From Candidatus Dormiibacterota bacterium (GTDB lineage Bacteria > Chloroflexota > Dormibacteria > Aeolococcales > Aeolococcaceae): 64,000 nt of DNA. The stretch lies in contig CAVPXI010000016.1 in NCBI GenBank assembly GCA_963709585.1, positions 96,001 through 160,000 on the forward strand. The letters are read 5' to 3'. Every line of letters starts with the position of its first letter. Position 1 is the first letter of the stretch. The notes beneath the pieces are model-generated. The model saw only the letters and a program-made list of their open reading frames with translations, ran no database searches and was not told the origin of the DNA. Below, piece by piece: positions 39,520 through 49,675 of this stretch. The position numbers and the translations under genes were made by a program.

Positions 39520-42039
39520 TCAGCTCCCGGTGACCATGTCGGGGGCGCGTGGACGCGGGGGACGGCGGCGCGGGAGCGTGATGATCTTGGCACCGCCGGA
39601 GACTGCGGTCGCACGAACCGACCGATCCCGGCCATCGTGCTTCGCCGCGTACATCGCCCGATCCGCGGCCCCGAGCAGTTGATCCATCGTGACGCCGTGG
39701 GCAGGGTAGGTGGCGATGCCGATCGACGCCGTGAGCCCCTCCAGGCTGCATGCGTCGGGCATGACCACGTCGCGCACCGCGCTGCGCACGGCTTCGGCGG
39801 CGATCCACGCTCCTTCCGCGGAGCACTCGTGCAGGAGCACCACGAACTCCTCGCCTCCGATCCGGACCACGGCATCGGTGCCGCGCACGGTGGTGCGCAG
39901 CTGCGCGGCCACGCGCTGGAGGACGACGTCGCCGATGGCATGCCCGCTGCTGTCGTTCACCGTCTTGAAGTGGTCGAGGTCGACGAGGAGGAGCGAGAGC
40001 GGCTTGCAGTCGCGAGCGGCACGAGCGATGTCCCGTTCGCCGGTGTCACGCAGCCAGCGGCTGTTGTAGAGACCGGTCAGAGGGTCGGTCATCGCCGCGT
40101 TGACAAGCTCGCCATAGAGTTGCGCATTGCGCCAGGCCGACGCGGCGACGTGAGCGAACAATGAGGCGGCTTCGAGCTCGCTGGAGCTGAACTGGTCGAC
40201 GCCGAGGCGCCAGCAGTTGATGATGCCGAGCTTGTGCTCGGTCGCGACCAGCGGTACGAGGAGCAGCGACTCCTGCACGTAGGACGTCCCCGGAATCTGC
40301 CGCGCCAGGGGATGCTCCGACGTGTCAGGGATGTTCTGGGGCGTGCCTTTCGCGAAAGCCCAGCCGGTGATGCCCGCGTCGAGCGCCATGCTGTCCGCCA
40401 GGATCTCGTCGCGATCGGGCCCGGTCGCGAGCACGGGCACGAGGCGGAAGGTTTCGTAGTCCGCCCTGAAGATCGCCATCTCGGCGACCGGCACGACGCG
40501 ACCCATCTGCTCGGCCATCACGCTGAGGATGCGCATCGGATCGTGCTCACTCTGGAGCGCCAGCGCTGCGTCGCTCAGCGCCCGAGCTAGCGTCCGCCGC
40601 GGCCGAGCGATCGAGACCGCTTCGGGAGCGAGCTCCCGCGATGCGGGCGGCTCCGGCAGGGGCGAGGCCACCCGCGTGGGAGAGACCACGCGCTGCGCAA
40701 ACCAGGTCGCGTCGACGACCTGCATGGAAGTGTCCCCCTCGAGCGGGTGGGGCAACACCGGGCGACCGAGAAGCCATCCCTGTCCGAACTGCACGCCGAG
40801 CGACTGCAGGGTCTCCTGCTCACGCTGGGTTTCGATGCCCTCGGCGATGACCCTCGCGCCGATGTGTCCACTGAACGACAGCAGCGCCACGACCAGCGCG
40901 CGGCGCGCCCGGTCCGCGTCGATCCCGGTGATCAGCGACCGATCGACCTTGATGAATTCAGGTCGCAGCTCTGCGATGACACGCATGCTCGCGTGACCGG
41001 CGCCCGCATCGTCGACCGCGATCCGAAAGCCGCGCGCCCGCAACTCGGCGGCGATGCGCTGCAGCAAGGCGAGGTCGGGTACCGGTTCGCGCTCACTGAA
41101 CTCCAGCACGACGGCAGCAGGATCAACGCGCGCTTCATACACCGCCCTGTCGAGCGCGGCCACGCCGCTCTGGTCGACGAGCGTGCCGATGAGCACGTTG
41201 ACAAAGAGGTCGGCCTCGCCGATGTTGGATGCGGCCTGCAGTGCCGCGCGCACGCAGGCGAGGTCCACGGACGACTGCATGTTGAGCGCGGCCGCGCCTC
41301 CGAACAATTGATCTGGGGTGCGGATGCGTGCTCGCGGTGGAAACCGGGCGAGCGCCTCGTAGCCGATGACCGAATCGTTAATCAGCCGCACGATCGGTTG
41401 CAGGGCTGCGACGATCCTTCCGCTGGTGAGCAGCGAGGCGATCGTGCCGCGCAGCCGGCGGTCGGGTGCCGCAGAGCCCGGGGCGTCGAAACGCTCAACG
41501 CCCGGCTGAGCCTCGGCGGACCACGCCGCCGCGAGCATCGCGGCCACCACCTCGAGGATCGGGCTCAGCGCGGGAGCACAACCGTTGCCCCAGACCGCGA
41601 GGACGGCAACAACCCGGTCCCGGCAGATCACCGGCAGCGTCAGGACATCGCCTTCATCCGCCGCGTTCGGCAGCGCTTTCGCGAGTGCAGAATCGGTGGT
41701 CAGGCGGCGCAGCGTTTCAGAGGCGTTGGCTGCGCCGTAGTAAGGGCGGCGCAGCCGGACCGGCTTGCGCAGCGAATCGACTCCATCGAGTGGGATGCGC
41801 ATTCCCACCATGCTGGAGAAAACTCGCGTCGAAACCCCGTACGTCGATGAGGGGGGAACGTTGACCGCGAGCACCACGGCCATATCCGATTCGACCGCGT
41901 TCACCACGGCGGCCACATCGAGGGCGGCGAGCGCCTCCACGACTTCGGCCGCCGCCTCCTCGGGGCTGCGCGCGCCCGGGAGCGAGTGTCCGAGCCGGGT
42001 CAGGACGTCGAGGCGCAGATCGGGAGATCGTGGAGCCAC
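39520..42039 (-). CDS. EAL-GAF-GGDEF protein (N-terminal GAF-like region)
   Basis: QPIV..YEALARF and DDAGAG precede a GAF domain, DPLTGLYN, the RGTD I-site and GGEEF. Confidence 0.9.
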   Translation of the reverse strand: MAPRSPDLRLDVLTRLGHSLPGARSPEEAAAEVVEALAALDVAAVVNAVESDMAVVLAVNVPPSSTYGVSTRVFSSMVGMRIPLDGVDSLRKPVRLRRPYYGAANASETLRRLTTDSALAKALPNAADEGDVLTLPVICRDRVVAVLAVWGNGCAPALSPILEVVAAMLAAAWSAEAQPGVERFDAPGSAAPDRRLRGTIASLLTSGRIVAALQPIVRLINDSVIGYEALARFPPRARIRTPDQLFGGAAALNMQSSVDLACVRAALQAASNIGEADLFVNVLIGTLVDQSGVAALDRAVYEARVDPAAVVLEFSEREPVPDLALLQRIAAELRARGFRIAVDDAGAGHASMRVIAELRPEFIKVDRSLITGIDADRARRALVVALLSFSGHIGARVIAEGIETQREQETLQSLGVQFGQGWLLGRPVLPHPLEGDTSMQVVDATWFAQRVVSPTRVASPLPEPPASRELAPEAVSIARPRRTLARALSDAALALQSEHDPMRILSVMAEQMGRVVPVAEMAIFRADYETFRLVPVLATGPDRDEILADSMALDAGITGWAFAKGTPQNIPDTSEHPLARQIPGTSYVQESLLLVPLVATEHKLGIINCWRLGVDQFSSSELEAASLFAHVAASAWRNAQLYGELVNAAMTDPLTGLYNSRWLRDTGERDIARAARDCKPLSLLLVDLDHFKTVNDSSGHAIGDVVLQRVAAQLRTTVRGTDAVVRIGGEEFVVLLHECSAEGAWIAAEAVRSAVRDVVMPDACSLEGLTASIGIATYPAHGVTMDQLLGAADRAMYAAKHDGRDRSVRATAVSGGAKIITLPRRRPPRPRAPDMVTGS

Positions 42040-42268
42040 GTCGTGAGTGTGCTGGGTGTCGGCGTGTCAGCCGACAACGAATCGGTCGCTATCCATCGGC
42101 AAATCGCCACATTTCCGGTGTCTGCGGCCAGCGCTCGGACTTATGGTAAGTCAAGACTTACCGACGACCTTGGCGGATGCGTTTGGCTCGCTGGACGGCG
42201 GCGTACGCTTGCGGGATGGGCTGCACACACCTGGCGACTGCGTCTCGGTGAAACCGCACAACGAATCG

Positions 42269-42637
42269 ATGCGTCAGCCGGACCCTCACACCGACGCACG
42301 TGAACGGCTGGTCCGCAAGCGATCCGAGATCGTCGCGAAGGTGGATCAGCTGGGCGCTCACGATCCCGCCGAGGTGGCCAACCTCGGCTTTGGCAAGCGA
42401 ATCGGCGACGCCACCGCCTACGCGGTCGAGAGAATGACCGACGCCTACCAGGCGCGCACGATCTACGCGACAGTGTCGGAGATCGACCAGGCGTTGGACC
42501 GGATCGACGCGGGCGCCTACGGTCGCTGCGTCGCCTGCGGCACCGCGATTCCGGATGAGCGTCTCAGGGCCGTACCCTGGGCCGCCCTCTGCGTTCCATG
42601 CAGCGCGAAGCCGGCGAAATCGAAGGTGGTGCGCTGA
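42269..42637 (+). CDS. TraR/DksA C4-type zinc-finger protein
   Basis: ALDRIDAGAYGRCVACGTAIPDERLRAVPWAALCVPC. Confidence 0.88.
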   Translation: MRQPDPHTDARERLVRKRSEIVAKVDQLGAHDPAEVANLGFGKRIGDATAYAVERMTDAYQARTIYATVSEIDQALDRIDAGAYGRCVACGTAIPDERLRAVPWAALCVPCSAKPAKSKVVR

Positions 42638-42668
42638 ACTCGACTGCCGGCATCCGGAGGGCGATGGC

Positions 42669-44156
42669 TTGGACGTGATGAGCGTGCAGGACGCGGCGTT
42701 CCTGCACATCGAGAACGTCAACAACCCGATGCACATCGGGTCGGTCGCGGTGCTCGAAGGCCCGGCGCCGGCATATGGCGACCTGGTCCGGCTGATCGCG
42801 TCCAAGCTGCCGCTGGTGCCTCGATACCGCCAGAAGGTGCGGTTCGCACCGGGTGGGGTCGGACGACCCGTCTGGGTCGACGACTCGCACTTCCAGATCC
42901 TGTATCACATTCGCCGCACCGCGGTTCCGCCGCCCGGCGGCCGGGACGAGCTGCGCAATCTCGCCGGTCGCGTGTTCGCGCAGACCCTCGATCGGGGTAA
43001 GCCCCTGTGGGAAATCTGGATGGTGGAGGGGCTCCACCACGGTCGATGGGCGCTCATCTCCAAGGTCCATCACTGCATGGTGGACGGGGTCTCGGCCACC
43101 GATCTGCTCACGGTGATGTTCGATGCCACCGACGCGGCGGCGGTGCAATCGGCTGCGGTCGCGTGGACCCCGGCACCTGAGCCCGGAACCCTCACCCTCG
43201 CGGCTCATGGCATGGTCCGCACCATCGCCGATCCGCTCGGACGTCTGCGTGACATCTCGGGCGGACTCCGGCTCGCGGCAGGATCGAGAACCCGTGTCGC
43301 CGAGGGGGTGGTGCTGCTGCGCTCACTCGCCGAGTGGGGCAAGCGTTCAGCGACATCGCTCAACGGTCCGATCGGACCGCATCGTCGCTGGAGCTGGGCG
43401 GAGGCGAGCCTCGACGATGTGAAGACCGTTCGTCATGGGCTCGGCGGCACCGTGAACGACGTGGTGCTGGCCGCGATCACGGCGGGGTTCCGCAGCCTGC
43501 TGCTCCATCGCGGCGAGGACGTGTCCAATCGGATGGTTCGAACGCTGGTCCCCGTCTCGGTGCGCGCGGACTCGGAGCGAGGCGTCTACAACAACCGGGT
43601 GTCGGGGATCTTCCCCGGGCTTCCGGTGTCGATCACGGATCCGGGTGCTCGTCTCAATGCCATCGCCGCGCAGCTGTCCATGCTCAAAGGTTCGAAGCAG
43701 GCGGTCGCCGGCGACGCTCTCGTGAAGCTCGCGGGTTTCGCTCCACCGATGCTGCTCGCGATTGGCGCGCGGCTCGCTGCCCGGACACCGCAGCGTGCGC
43801 TCCAGACGGTCACCACGAACGTTCCGGGTCCCCAATATCCGCTCTACGTCGTGGGACGACGCATGGTCTACTCGTATCCGTACGTTCCAATCATGGGAAG
43901 CGTGCGCATCAGCATCGCGATCTTCTCGTATTGCGGGCGTCTCTTCTTTGGCATCACCGGCGACTACGACACGGTCGCCGACATCAACGTTCTCCGCGAC
44001 GGTATTGAGGAGGGGATGCGCGAGCTCGTCGCCGCCGCCGGCGGTTCCCCGCCGGAGAACCCACGCGCGCGCACACAGAGGACGTCCCGAGGCTCGCGGG
44101 CGCGCGCCTGCTCGCCGGGGGGTCAGGCCGCGGCCGGACGCTCTGGAAAGAGGTAA
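42669..44156 (+). CDS. Wax ester synthase/diacylglycerol acyltransferase (WS/DGAT)
   Basis: DAAFL, PMHIG, PLWE, HHCMVDG, TVNDV, TNVPGP. Confidence 0.92.
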   Translation: MDVMSVQDAAFLHIENVNNPMHIGSVAVLEGPAPAYGDLVRLIASKLPLVPRYRQKVRFAPGGVGRPVWVDDSHFQILYHIRRTAVPPPGGRDELRNLAGRVFAQTLDRGKPLWEIWMVEGLHHGRWALISKVHHCMVDGVSATDLLTVMFDATDAAAVQSAAVAWTPAPEPGTLTLAAHGMVRTIADPLGRLRDISGGLRLAAGSRTRVAEGVVLLRSLAEWGKRSATSLNGPIGPHRRWSWAEASLDDVKTVRHGLGGTVNDVVLAAITAGFRSLLLHRGEDVSNRMVRTLVPVSVRADSERGVYNNRVSGIFPGLPVSITDPGARLNAIAAQLSMLKGSKQAVAGDALVKLAGFAPPMLLAIGARLAARTPQRALQTVTTNVPGPQYPLYVVGRRMVYSYPYVPIMGSVRISIAIFSYCGRLFFGITGDYDTVADINVLRDGIEEGMRELVAAAGGSPPENPRARTQRTSRGSRARACSPGGQAAAGRSGKR

Positions 44157-44884
44157 CGGGCGAGTGGCGGCGGCCGGAATCGCCGCCACACTCCCTCGGG
44201 TTGGGCGAGACGGTCCGCGATCGCCCAGAGGACGGCGGCATTGTGGCCCATTCCGAGGTGGCTGCTGTAGACCTCGATGTTCTCGCGGCGCCGCCCGGCT
44301 GTGTTTATGCATGCCCGCCACGGCACCACGCCGTCGAGCCGTGAAAAGACCGCGGTTGTGGGCACCGGGATCGGCTGCGACAAGCGCTCGCGTCGAGGCA
44401 ATGATTCGGGATTGACGTGGAGCACGCCCAGGCGCCGGTACGCGGCGTCTGCAAGGCTGTCGCCCGGGTCGGTGAGACCGAACGGGCTCCCGAGCGTGAT
44501 CACCTGGCGCACGATCGCCGGGCGCGAGCGAGCAAGTTCGCGCGCGAAGATGCCGCCCAGACTCCACCCCACGAGGCTGACCGACCGACGAGATGCGTAA
44601 TGCAGCGCTTCGAACCGCGCGGTCATTCCATCGAGAATCGCCGCGGTGGGGCCGAGGTTGCGGCCGAGCCGCCACCCGTGCACCTCGTAGCCAAGCATGC
44701 GCAGATACAACCGCATCGTGGCGGTGGAGGCGTCTTCCGCGAGCAGTCCGGGGAGGACGAGGACTGGGTGGCCGTCGCCTCGCGGCGCGCGCAGCAGCAC
44801 GGGCGACGTCGCCAGCATGGCGCCGTAGTCGGCGAGCGCGCGGCCCGGCTCGGAGACGAACAGCGCCAGCGATGGGCGTGTCAT
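44123..44884 (-). CDS. Alpha/beta hydrolase (lipase/esterase-like)
   Basis: VLVLPG, GWSLGG, DGVV, SHLG. Confidence 0.85.
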   Translation of the reverse strand: MTRPSLALFVSEPGRALADYGAMLATSPVLLRAPRGDGHPVLVLPGLLAEDASTATMRLYLRMLGYEVHGWRLGRNLGPTAAILDGMTARFEALHYASRRSVSLVGWSLGGIFARELARSRPAIVRQVITLGSPFGLTDPGDSLADAAYRRLGVLHVNPESLPRRERLSQPIPVPTTAVFSRLDGVVPWRACINTAGRRRENIEVYSSHLGMGHNAAVLWAIADRLAQPEGVWRRFRPPPLARYLFPERPAAA

Positions 44885-44936
44885 CGATGATTCATACCAT
44901 CTCGACGGCACTCGTGGGCAGGCCGGTATCCAGGCG

Positions 44937-45860
44937 CTACAGCGGGGCGATGCCCCATGCGCTGTGGTGCGTTTCGCCGGGTTGCAGCACGATCAAGCTA
45001 GCGCCGGAGTTGAACGCGTCAGGGGCGCAGGTCATGGGCTCGATCGCCAGTCCTCGGCGCCGGCGTGACCGGTCGGGCAGCGTGTCTCCGCTGTAGATCA
45101 TCGCGTACCGATGTGCCGTGTCCATCCACACGGCAACGCCGTGGTGCGCATCCGGCGCCGTCAGCGTGATCCTGGTGATGCCGTCATCATCGGCGCGCAA
45201 CCCGGTGTACGCAGTGTCCAGCACAAGTGCGCCGAGCGGTCGCGCACGACGGAAGTCGAATCCGGTGCCCTCGACATCACTCTCGACGCCGGTGGGGATA
45301 CCGCGATCATCGGTCACGAGGGTCGCGTCCGCCGGGACGTGCAGCAACGCATCGTCGATCAATCCGTTGGTGGCCAGGCGGACGTACGGATGGGCGCCGG
45401 CGCCAAACGGGCATGCGAGCTCGCCCCGGTTGGTCGCGGTGACGTGGACGGTCAAACCGTCGTCGCCCAGCGAGTACGTCGCGCTCAGGCCGAGGCTGAA
45501 CGGGTAGCCATCCTGTGGCGGCATGTCGAGCGTCAGCGTCACCGCCGCCGCAGAGATGTCGCTGCTGTGCCAGGGCATCGTACGCGTGAGCCCGTGGATG
45601 GCGCTCCCGGTCCTCGGTTCGGTGACGGGTAGACGAAACGTCGCACCCGCGAATCGATACGTCGCGTGCGCAATCCGATTCGGCCAGGGTAGGAGTAGCT
45701 CGCCGCGGGCGCCGTCGCATTCCTGCTCGCGGTCGTAGCCGTCGACGATTGCGCCGAGGTCGGTGCGGTACTCACGGAGTCCGGCACCCAACTCCACGAC
45801 CACAGCCCGTTGCGTGCCGTGCGCCAGCGGATACTGCCGCCCGGACGGGGGCGAGGTCAC
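44937..45860 (-). CDS. Aldose 1-epimerase family protein
   Basis: LLPWPNRI, IHG, GAHPY, AIEPMTCAPDAFNSG. Confidence 0.88.
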   Translation of the reverse strand: MTSPPSGRQYPLAHGTQRAVVVELGAGLREYRTDLGAIVDGYDREQECDGARGELLLPWPNRIAHATYRFAGATFRLPVTEPRTGSAIHGLTRTMPWHSSDISAAAVTLTLDMPPQDGYPFSLGLSATYSLGDDGLTVHVTATNRGELACPFGAGAHPYVRLATNGLIDDALLHVPADATLVTDDRGIPTGVESDVEGTGFDFRRARPLGALVLDTAYTGLRADDDGITRITLTAPDAHHGVAVWMDTAHRYAMIYSGDTLPDRSRRRRGLAIEPMTCAPDAFNSGASLIVLQPGETHHSAWGIAPL

Positions 45861-46615
45861 CGGCTCGGACGACGATCCGACGACGCCCATGGGGGACGTC
45901 GCCAGGACTCCGGTTCGACGACCCGGTCCAGCTCGCTCCTGATCACCGAGTAGCACTCGCACGATACGGCCTCGAGGCCGGCGCGGTCGACGATCGTGAC
46001 GTTGCCGCGGACGTAGCGGATCAGTCCAGCTCGCTGCAGGATCCCGGCTGAGACCGACACCGTCGATCGCCGGGCGCCCAGCATCTGCCCGAGGAACTCC
46101 TGGGTGATCATGAATTGGTCGGAGCCGACGCGATCGTGGCACATCAGGAGCCAGCGGCTGAGACGCTCCTCGCTCGAGTGAAGCCGGTTGCAGGCAGCGG
46201 CCTGGGAGATCTGGCCGAACAGCGCCTGCGTGTACTTGTCCACCAACGCCTGGAATGCGCTGAGTTGTTCGAACAACCGGAGAAACGCCGCGGCGTCGAT
46301 GCGCAGGGAGTGACCCGCGACCTGCGAGATGGCGCGCACCGCAAGCCCGCCGGGCGGCACCAACGGGACGCCGACGATCCCCTCGTTGCCGATCGTCGCA
46401 ACCTCGACAATCGCGCCGTCGTGTAGTGGCGTCACCAGGGAGATGACCCCGTCGGTCGGGAAGTAGAGTGCGTCTACAGGCGCCCCCGGTTCAAACAGAA
46501 CCGTTTTGACGGGCAGGGTGACGTTTCTCACAAGACCGAACAGCTGCTGACGCTCCTCCGACGGCAGGGCGGTGAGAATCCGGTTCTCTCCTGCTGAGGC
46601 GACCTGCTCGGCCAC
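45857..46615 (-). CDS. Crp/Fnr family transcriptional regulator
   Basis: EVATIGNEG, AACNRLH, ITQEFLGQMLGARRSTVS. Confidence 0.9.
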   Translation of the reverse strand: MAEQVASAGENRILTALPSEERQQLFGLVRNVTLPVKTVLFEPGAPVDALYFPTDGVISLVTPLHDGAIVEVATIGNEGIVGVPLVPPGGLAVRAISQVAGHSLRIDAAAFLRLFEQLSAFQALVDKYTQALFGQISQAAACNRLHSSEERLSRWLLMCHDRVGSDQFMITQEFLGQMLGARRSTVSVSAGILQRAGLIRYVRGNVTIVDRAGLEAVSCECYSVIRSELDRVVEPESWRRPPWASSDRRPSR

Positions 46616-46660
46616 GTCGAGGTTTATGCCTCCAATCGCGTAGACGTCGACCTATGTGCG

Positions 46661-49540
46661 GTGCGGGACAGACGTGTTGCTGAGGGTGCATCAAATTATG
46701 ACGCACCGGAAGGGACGACCACGGGCGCGCATTTCGCTGCGATCAAAGGAGAGGCTACGCGCGTGTCTGCACAACGCAGTTTCCCGGAACCGGGGGTGCT
46801 GGACCCCGGCGACCAATTCTGGCTCGAGGCAATGGCCGATGCCGTGCTCATCTTGTCACCGGTGTACGGTCCTCGCCGTCAGGTTACCGATTTTCGGGTG
46901 GACTATGCGAACGCAGCCGCCACCGAACTCACTGATGATCCGGCACTCGGTCTCCGCCCCGGAGCGCTTGTCGGAACCGGGTTTCTGAACCTCGATGACG
47001 AGACGGCGGGTGCACTCATCACAGCCTTCCGCGACGTGCTGTCCAGCGACGTTCCCTGCGCCATCGACGGACTGCACTATCGCATCCTCCGCACCGATAC
47101 CTGGATCGAGCAGGCGCGCGACGTGCGCATCAGCCGGCACGGCAATCGGCTTCTGGTCACGCTGCGCGACGTCACCGAGCGCGAGGAGTTGGAGCAGGGT
47201 ATTCGTAGCAGCGAGAAGAGCCTCCGCGCCCTCGTGGACGGCGTGTTCGACGAGGCGCTCATGACCGTCGACCCCGCGGGAAACGTGCTGAGCTGGAACA
47301 CCGGCGCGAACCGGATCTTCGGGTACGCGTCCGGGGAGGTGATCGGACGGCACTATTCGGTGCTCTATCCACGCGGACGGCCGGTCAGCCGTCCCGTCGA
47401 AAATCTGGAGGCGTTCGCCGAGCGCCTGCACGAGGCGTGGCAGGTTCGCAAGGATGGAAGTCGCTTCTGGGCGAGCGTTTCGATTACTGCCATGCATGGC
47501 GACAACGGCGAGTTGCGCGGCTTCTTCTCGGTGACACGCGACCTCACGGAACAGTCGGAGCAACGACGCCGGGATCTGCATTTCTCCCTGGTCCGCGCAC
47601 TCACGGACTGCACAGACGTCGACACCGCAGCCGACACCATCCTGGAGCTCACCACCTTCACGTTGGGCGCCACGTTCAGTGAGATGTTCATCGCGCGCCA
47701 GGAGCAGGGACGCCCTGATTCGACGTCGCGCCATGCCGTCCCGCGGTCCACGCTGGACGCGATCGATGTCGCGGCGGGCGGCGCGGCGGGACCGCTGGAG
47801 GCGCTCATCGCCCGAGTGCGCACCACCGGCGCCCTGGTCATCGTCTCCGACCTGGACGAGCTCGGGACCTCGGCGCAGGTTGCGGCTGCAGTCGCACTGG
47901 GGGTGCGGTCCGCGATCGCGTGTCCGATCGCGACCGCAGCCGGGATCGTCGGGGTCCTCGCCTATTTCTTCGAGGCGTTGCCGAGCGTCGAGACGCACAC
48001 GGCGGAGACGATCACCGAGATCAGCACGGAGGCAGCGAACGTCGTCACTCGAATTCGCGCGCAAGGTGCGCTTCGGGACGAAGCCCTCCGCATGGCGGAG
48101 CTGGCGAGCACCGACCGTCTCACCGGACTAAAGAACCGGCGCGAGTTCGACCGCATTCTGGGAACGATTCCCCGGCAGCCCTTCGCGATCCTCGCGATCG
48201 ATGTCGACCACCTCAAACGCGTGAACGACCAGTTCGGGCACGAGGCCGGCGACACGGTGCTGCGCACAGTGGCCACGACGCTGGCGCTGATGCTCCGTGG
48301 GTGGGACGTCATCGCCAGAGTCGGTGGGGACGAGTTCGCAGCCATCCTCCTCGACGTTGATCCTGCCGAAGCCGCGTCGGCAGCACAACGGCTCAGGGCT
48401 GCGATGCACCTCGTGCCCACTCCCGGAGGTCGCTCGAACATCAGCCTCGGCTGGGCGTCTGCTCCGGCTGGAACCGACCCGATGTCCGCATGGCGGCGGG
48501 CCGACGAGTGTCTGTACGAGGCCAAGCGAAGCGGTCGCGATCGCGTGGTCGGGCGCCACGTCGACGGCGCGGAACAGGTGACCCCGTCCGGTTCATCGGT
48601 GACCGAGCTGATCAGTCAATTGGTCGCGGGACTGCCCATCCATGCGGTGTACCAGCCGATCGTCGATCTCAACGATGGACACGTGGTCGGCTATGAGGCG
48701 CTGGCGCGCCCCGAGGGGTACGGCGCGTCCGACAGCGTCGAAACCCTGTTCGAGGTGGCGCATCGCTCCGGGCACATCCGCGATCTCGACTGGTTGTGCC
48801 GGCGTGCCGCGCTCGGCCAGGCGTCATCGCTCCCGGCGGGAATCCTGCTGTTCATGAACGTGAGCGTCGCAGCGCTGCTCGACCCGCTCCACGACGTGGA
48901 TCAACTCCTCCTGCTGTTGGAATGGACCGGACGCACCCCGCACCGGCTCGTCCTCGAGATCGGCGAGCATGAGAGTGTCGACGACCTCGATCGCCTGCGC
49001 CTCGTGCTCGCGTCGTATCGCGCGGCGGGCATCCGCTTTGCGATCGACGACCTCGGCGAGGGATTCGCCACGACCGATCTTCTCGAGACGGCCGAGCCCG
49101 AGTTCGTCAAGCTGGCTCGCAGCCTGACCATGAATGCGGCTCGCCGGAGCTCGCGGGTCGCGATCCAGACTGCCTTGACGTTTGCGCGGGTCCACGACTC
49201 GATCGTGATCGCCGAGGGCGTCGAGAACGAGCTGGTGAGCGACCAGATTCGCTCGCTGAACATCCCGCTGGGACAGGGGTTCGGTCTCGGCCGGCCCACC
49301 GTCGCGTCCGACCTGGTCGACGCCGCGGCTGCCTGGACGGCACGCGACACCCTGCGCCCGCTCCGACCGCGTCATGGGCAGGTGCGCCGTCGCGAGATCC
49401 CGGCCGCGCCTGCACGCGACGGCGCCCGCGATCTGGAGGGCCTGCGCGTGCCTCGGGAGAGTTCGCGGCGCGCGGGCGATGTGAAGACCCACCGCCTGGT
49501 CAGGCGCTCGGACAACGCCTCGTCGGGGAGGGCGTCCTAG
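46661..49540 (+). CDS. PAS-PAS-GAF-GGDEF-EAL protein (start uncertain)
   Basis: WNTGA..RKDGSRFW PAS domain, RGWD/GGDEF, YEALARP, DDLGEG. Confidence 0.9.
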   Translation: MRDRRVAEGASNYDAPEGTTTGAHFAAIKGEATRVSAQRSFPEPGVLDPGDQFWLEAMADAVLILSPVYGPRRQVTDFRVDYANAAATELTDDPALGLRPGALVGTGFLNLDDETAGALITAFRDVLSSDVPCAIDGLHYRILRTDTWIEQARDVRISRHGNRLLVTLRDVTEREELEQGIRSSEKSLRALVDGVFDEALMTVDPAGNVLSWNTGANRIFGYASGEVIGRHYSVLYPRGRPVSRPVENLEAFAERLHEAWQVRKDGSRFWASVSITAMHGDNGELRGFFSVTRDLTEQSEQRRRDLHFSLVRALTDCTDVDTAADTILELTTFTLGATFSEMFIARQEQGRPDSTSRHAVPRSTLDAIDVAAGGAAGPLEALIARVRTTGALVIVSDLDELGTSAQVAAAVALGVRSAIACPIATAAGIVGVLAYFFEALPSVETHTAETITEISTEAANVVTRIRAQGALRDEALRMAELASTDRLTGLKNRREFDRILGTIPRQPFAILAIDVDHLKRVNDQFGHEAGDTVLRTVATTLALMLRGWDVIARVGGDEFAAILLDVDPAEAASAAQRLRAAMHLVPTPGGRSNISLGWASAPAGTDPMSAWRRADECLYEAKRSGRDRVVGRHVDGAEQVTPSGSSVTELISQLVAGLPIHAVYQPIVDLNDGHVVGYEALARPEGYGASDSVETLFEVAHRSGHIRDLDWLCRRAALGQASSLPAGILLFMNVSVAALLDPLHDVDQLLLLLEWTGRTPHRLVLEIGEHESVDDLDRLRLVLASYRAAGIRFAIDDLGEGFATTDLLETAEPEFVKLARSLTMNAARRSSRVAIQTALTFARVHDSIVIAEGVENELVSDQIRSLNIPLGQGFGLGRPTVASDLVDAAAAWTARDTLRPLRPRHGQVRRREIPAAPARDGARDLEGLRVPRESSRRAGDVKTHRLVRRSDNASSGRAS

Positions 49541-49675
49541 ATGACCGGTCGCCCGGCGAAGTCGCGCCAGCAGCCGCTCGGGCCGGATGAAACCTTCAGC
49601 GCGCTCGTGACCCGGCTGATCATCACCAACAGAACCGAGCGTGCCACCAGGGACAGGATCAGCCCGACGACGCTC

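Noticed and set aside
46676-46696. FNR/CRP box near the Crp gene
   Set aside because: Only the ATCAA half matches; spacing to a TTGAT-like half is wrong.
49537-49675. Short hydrophobic minus-strand ORF or gene remnant
   Set aside because: No convincing start, RBS or recognisable family.
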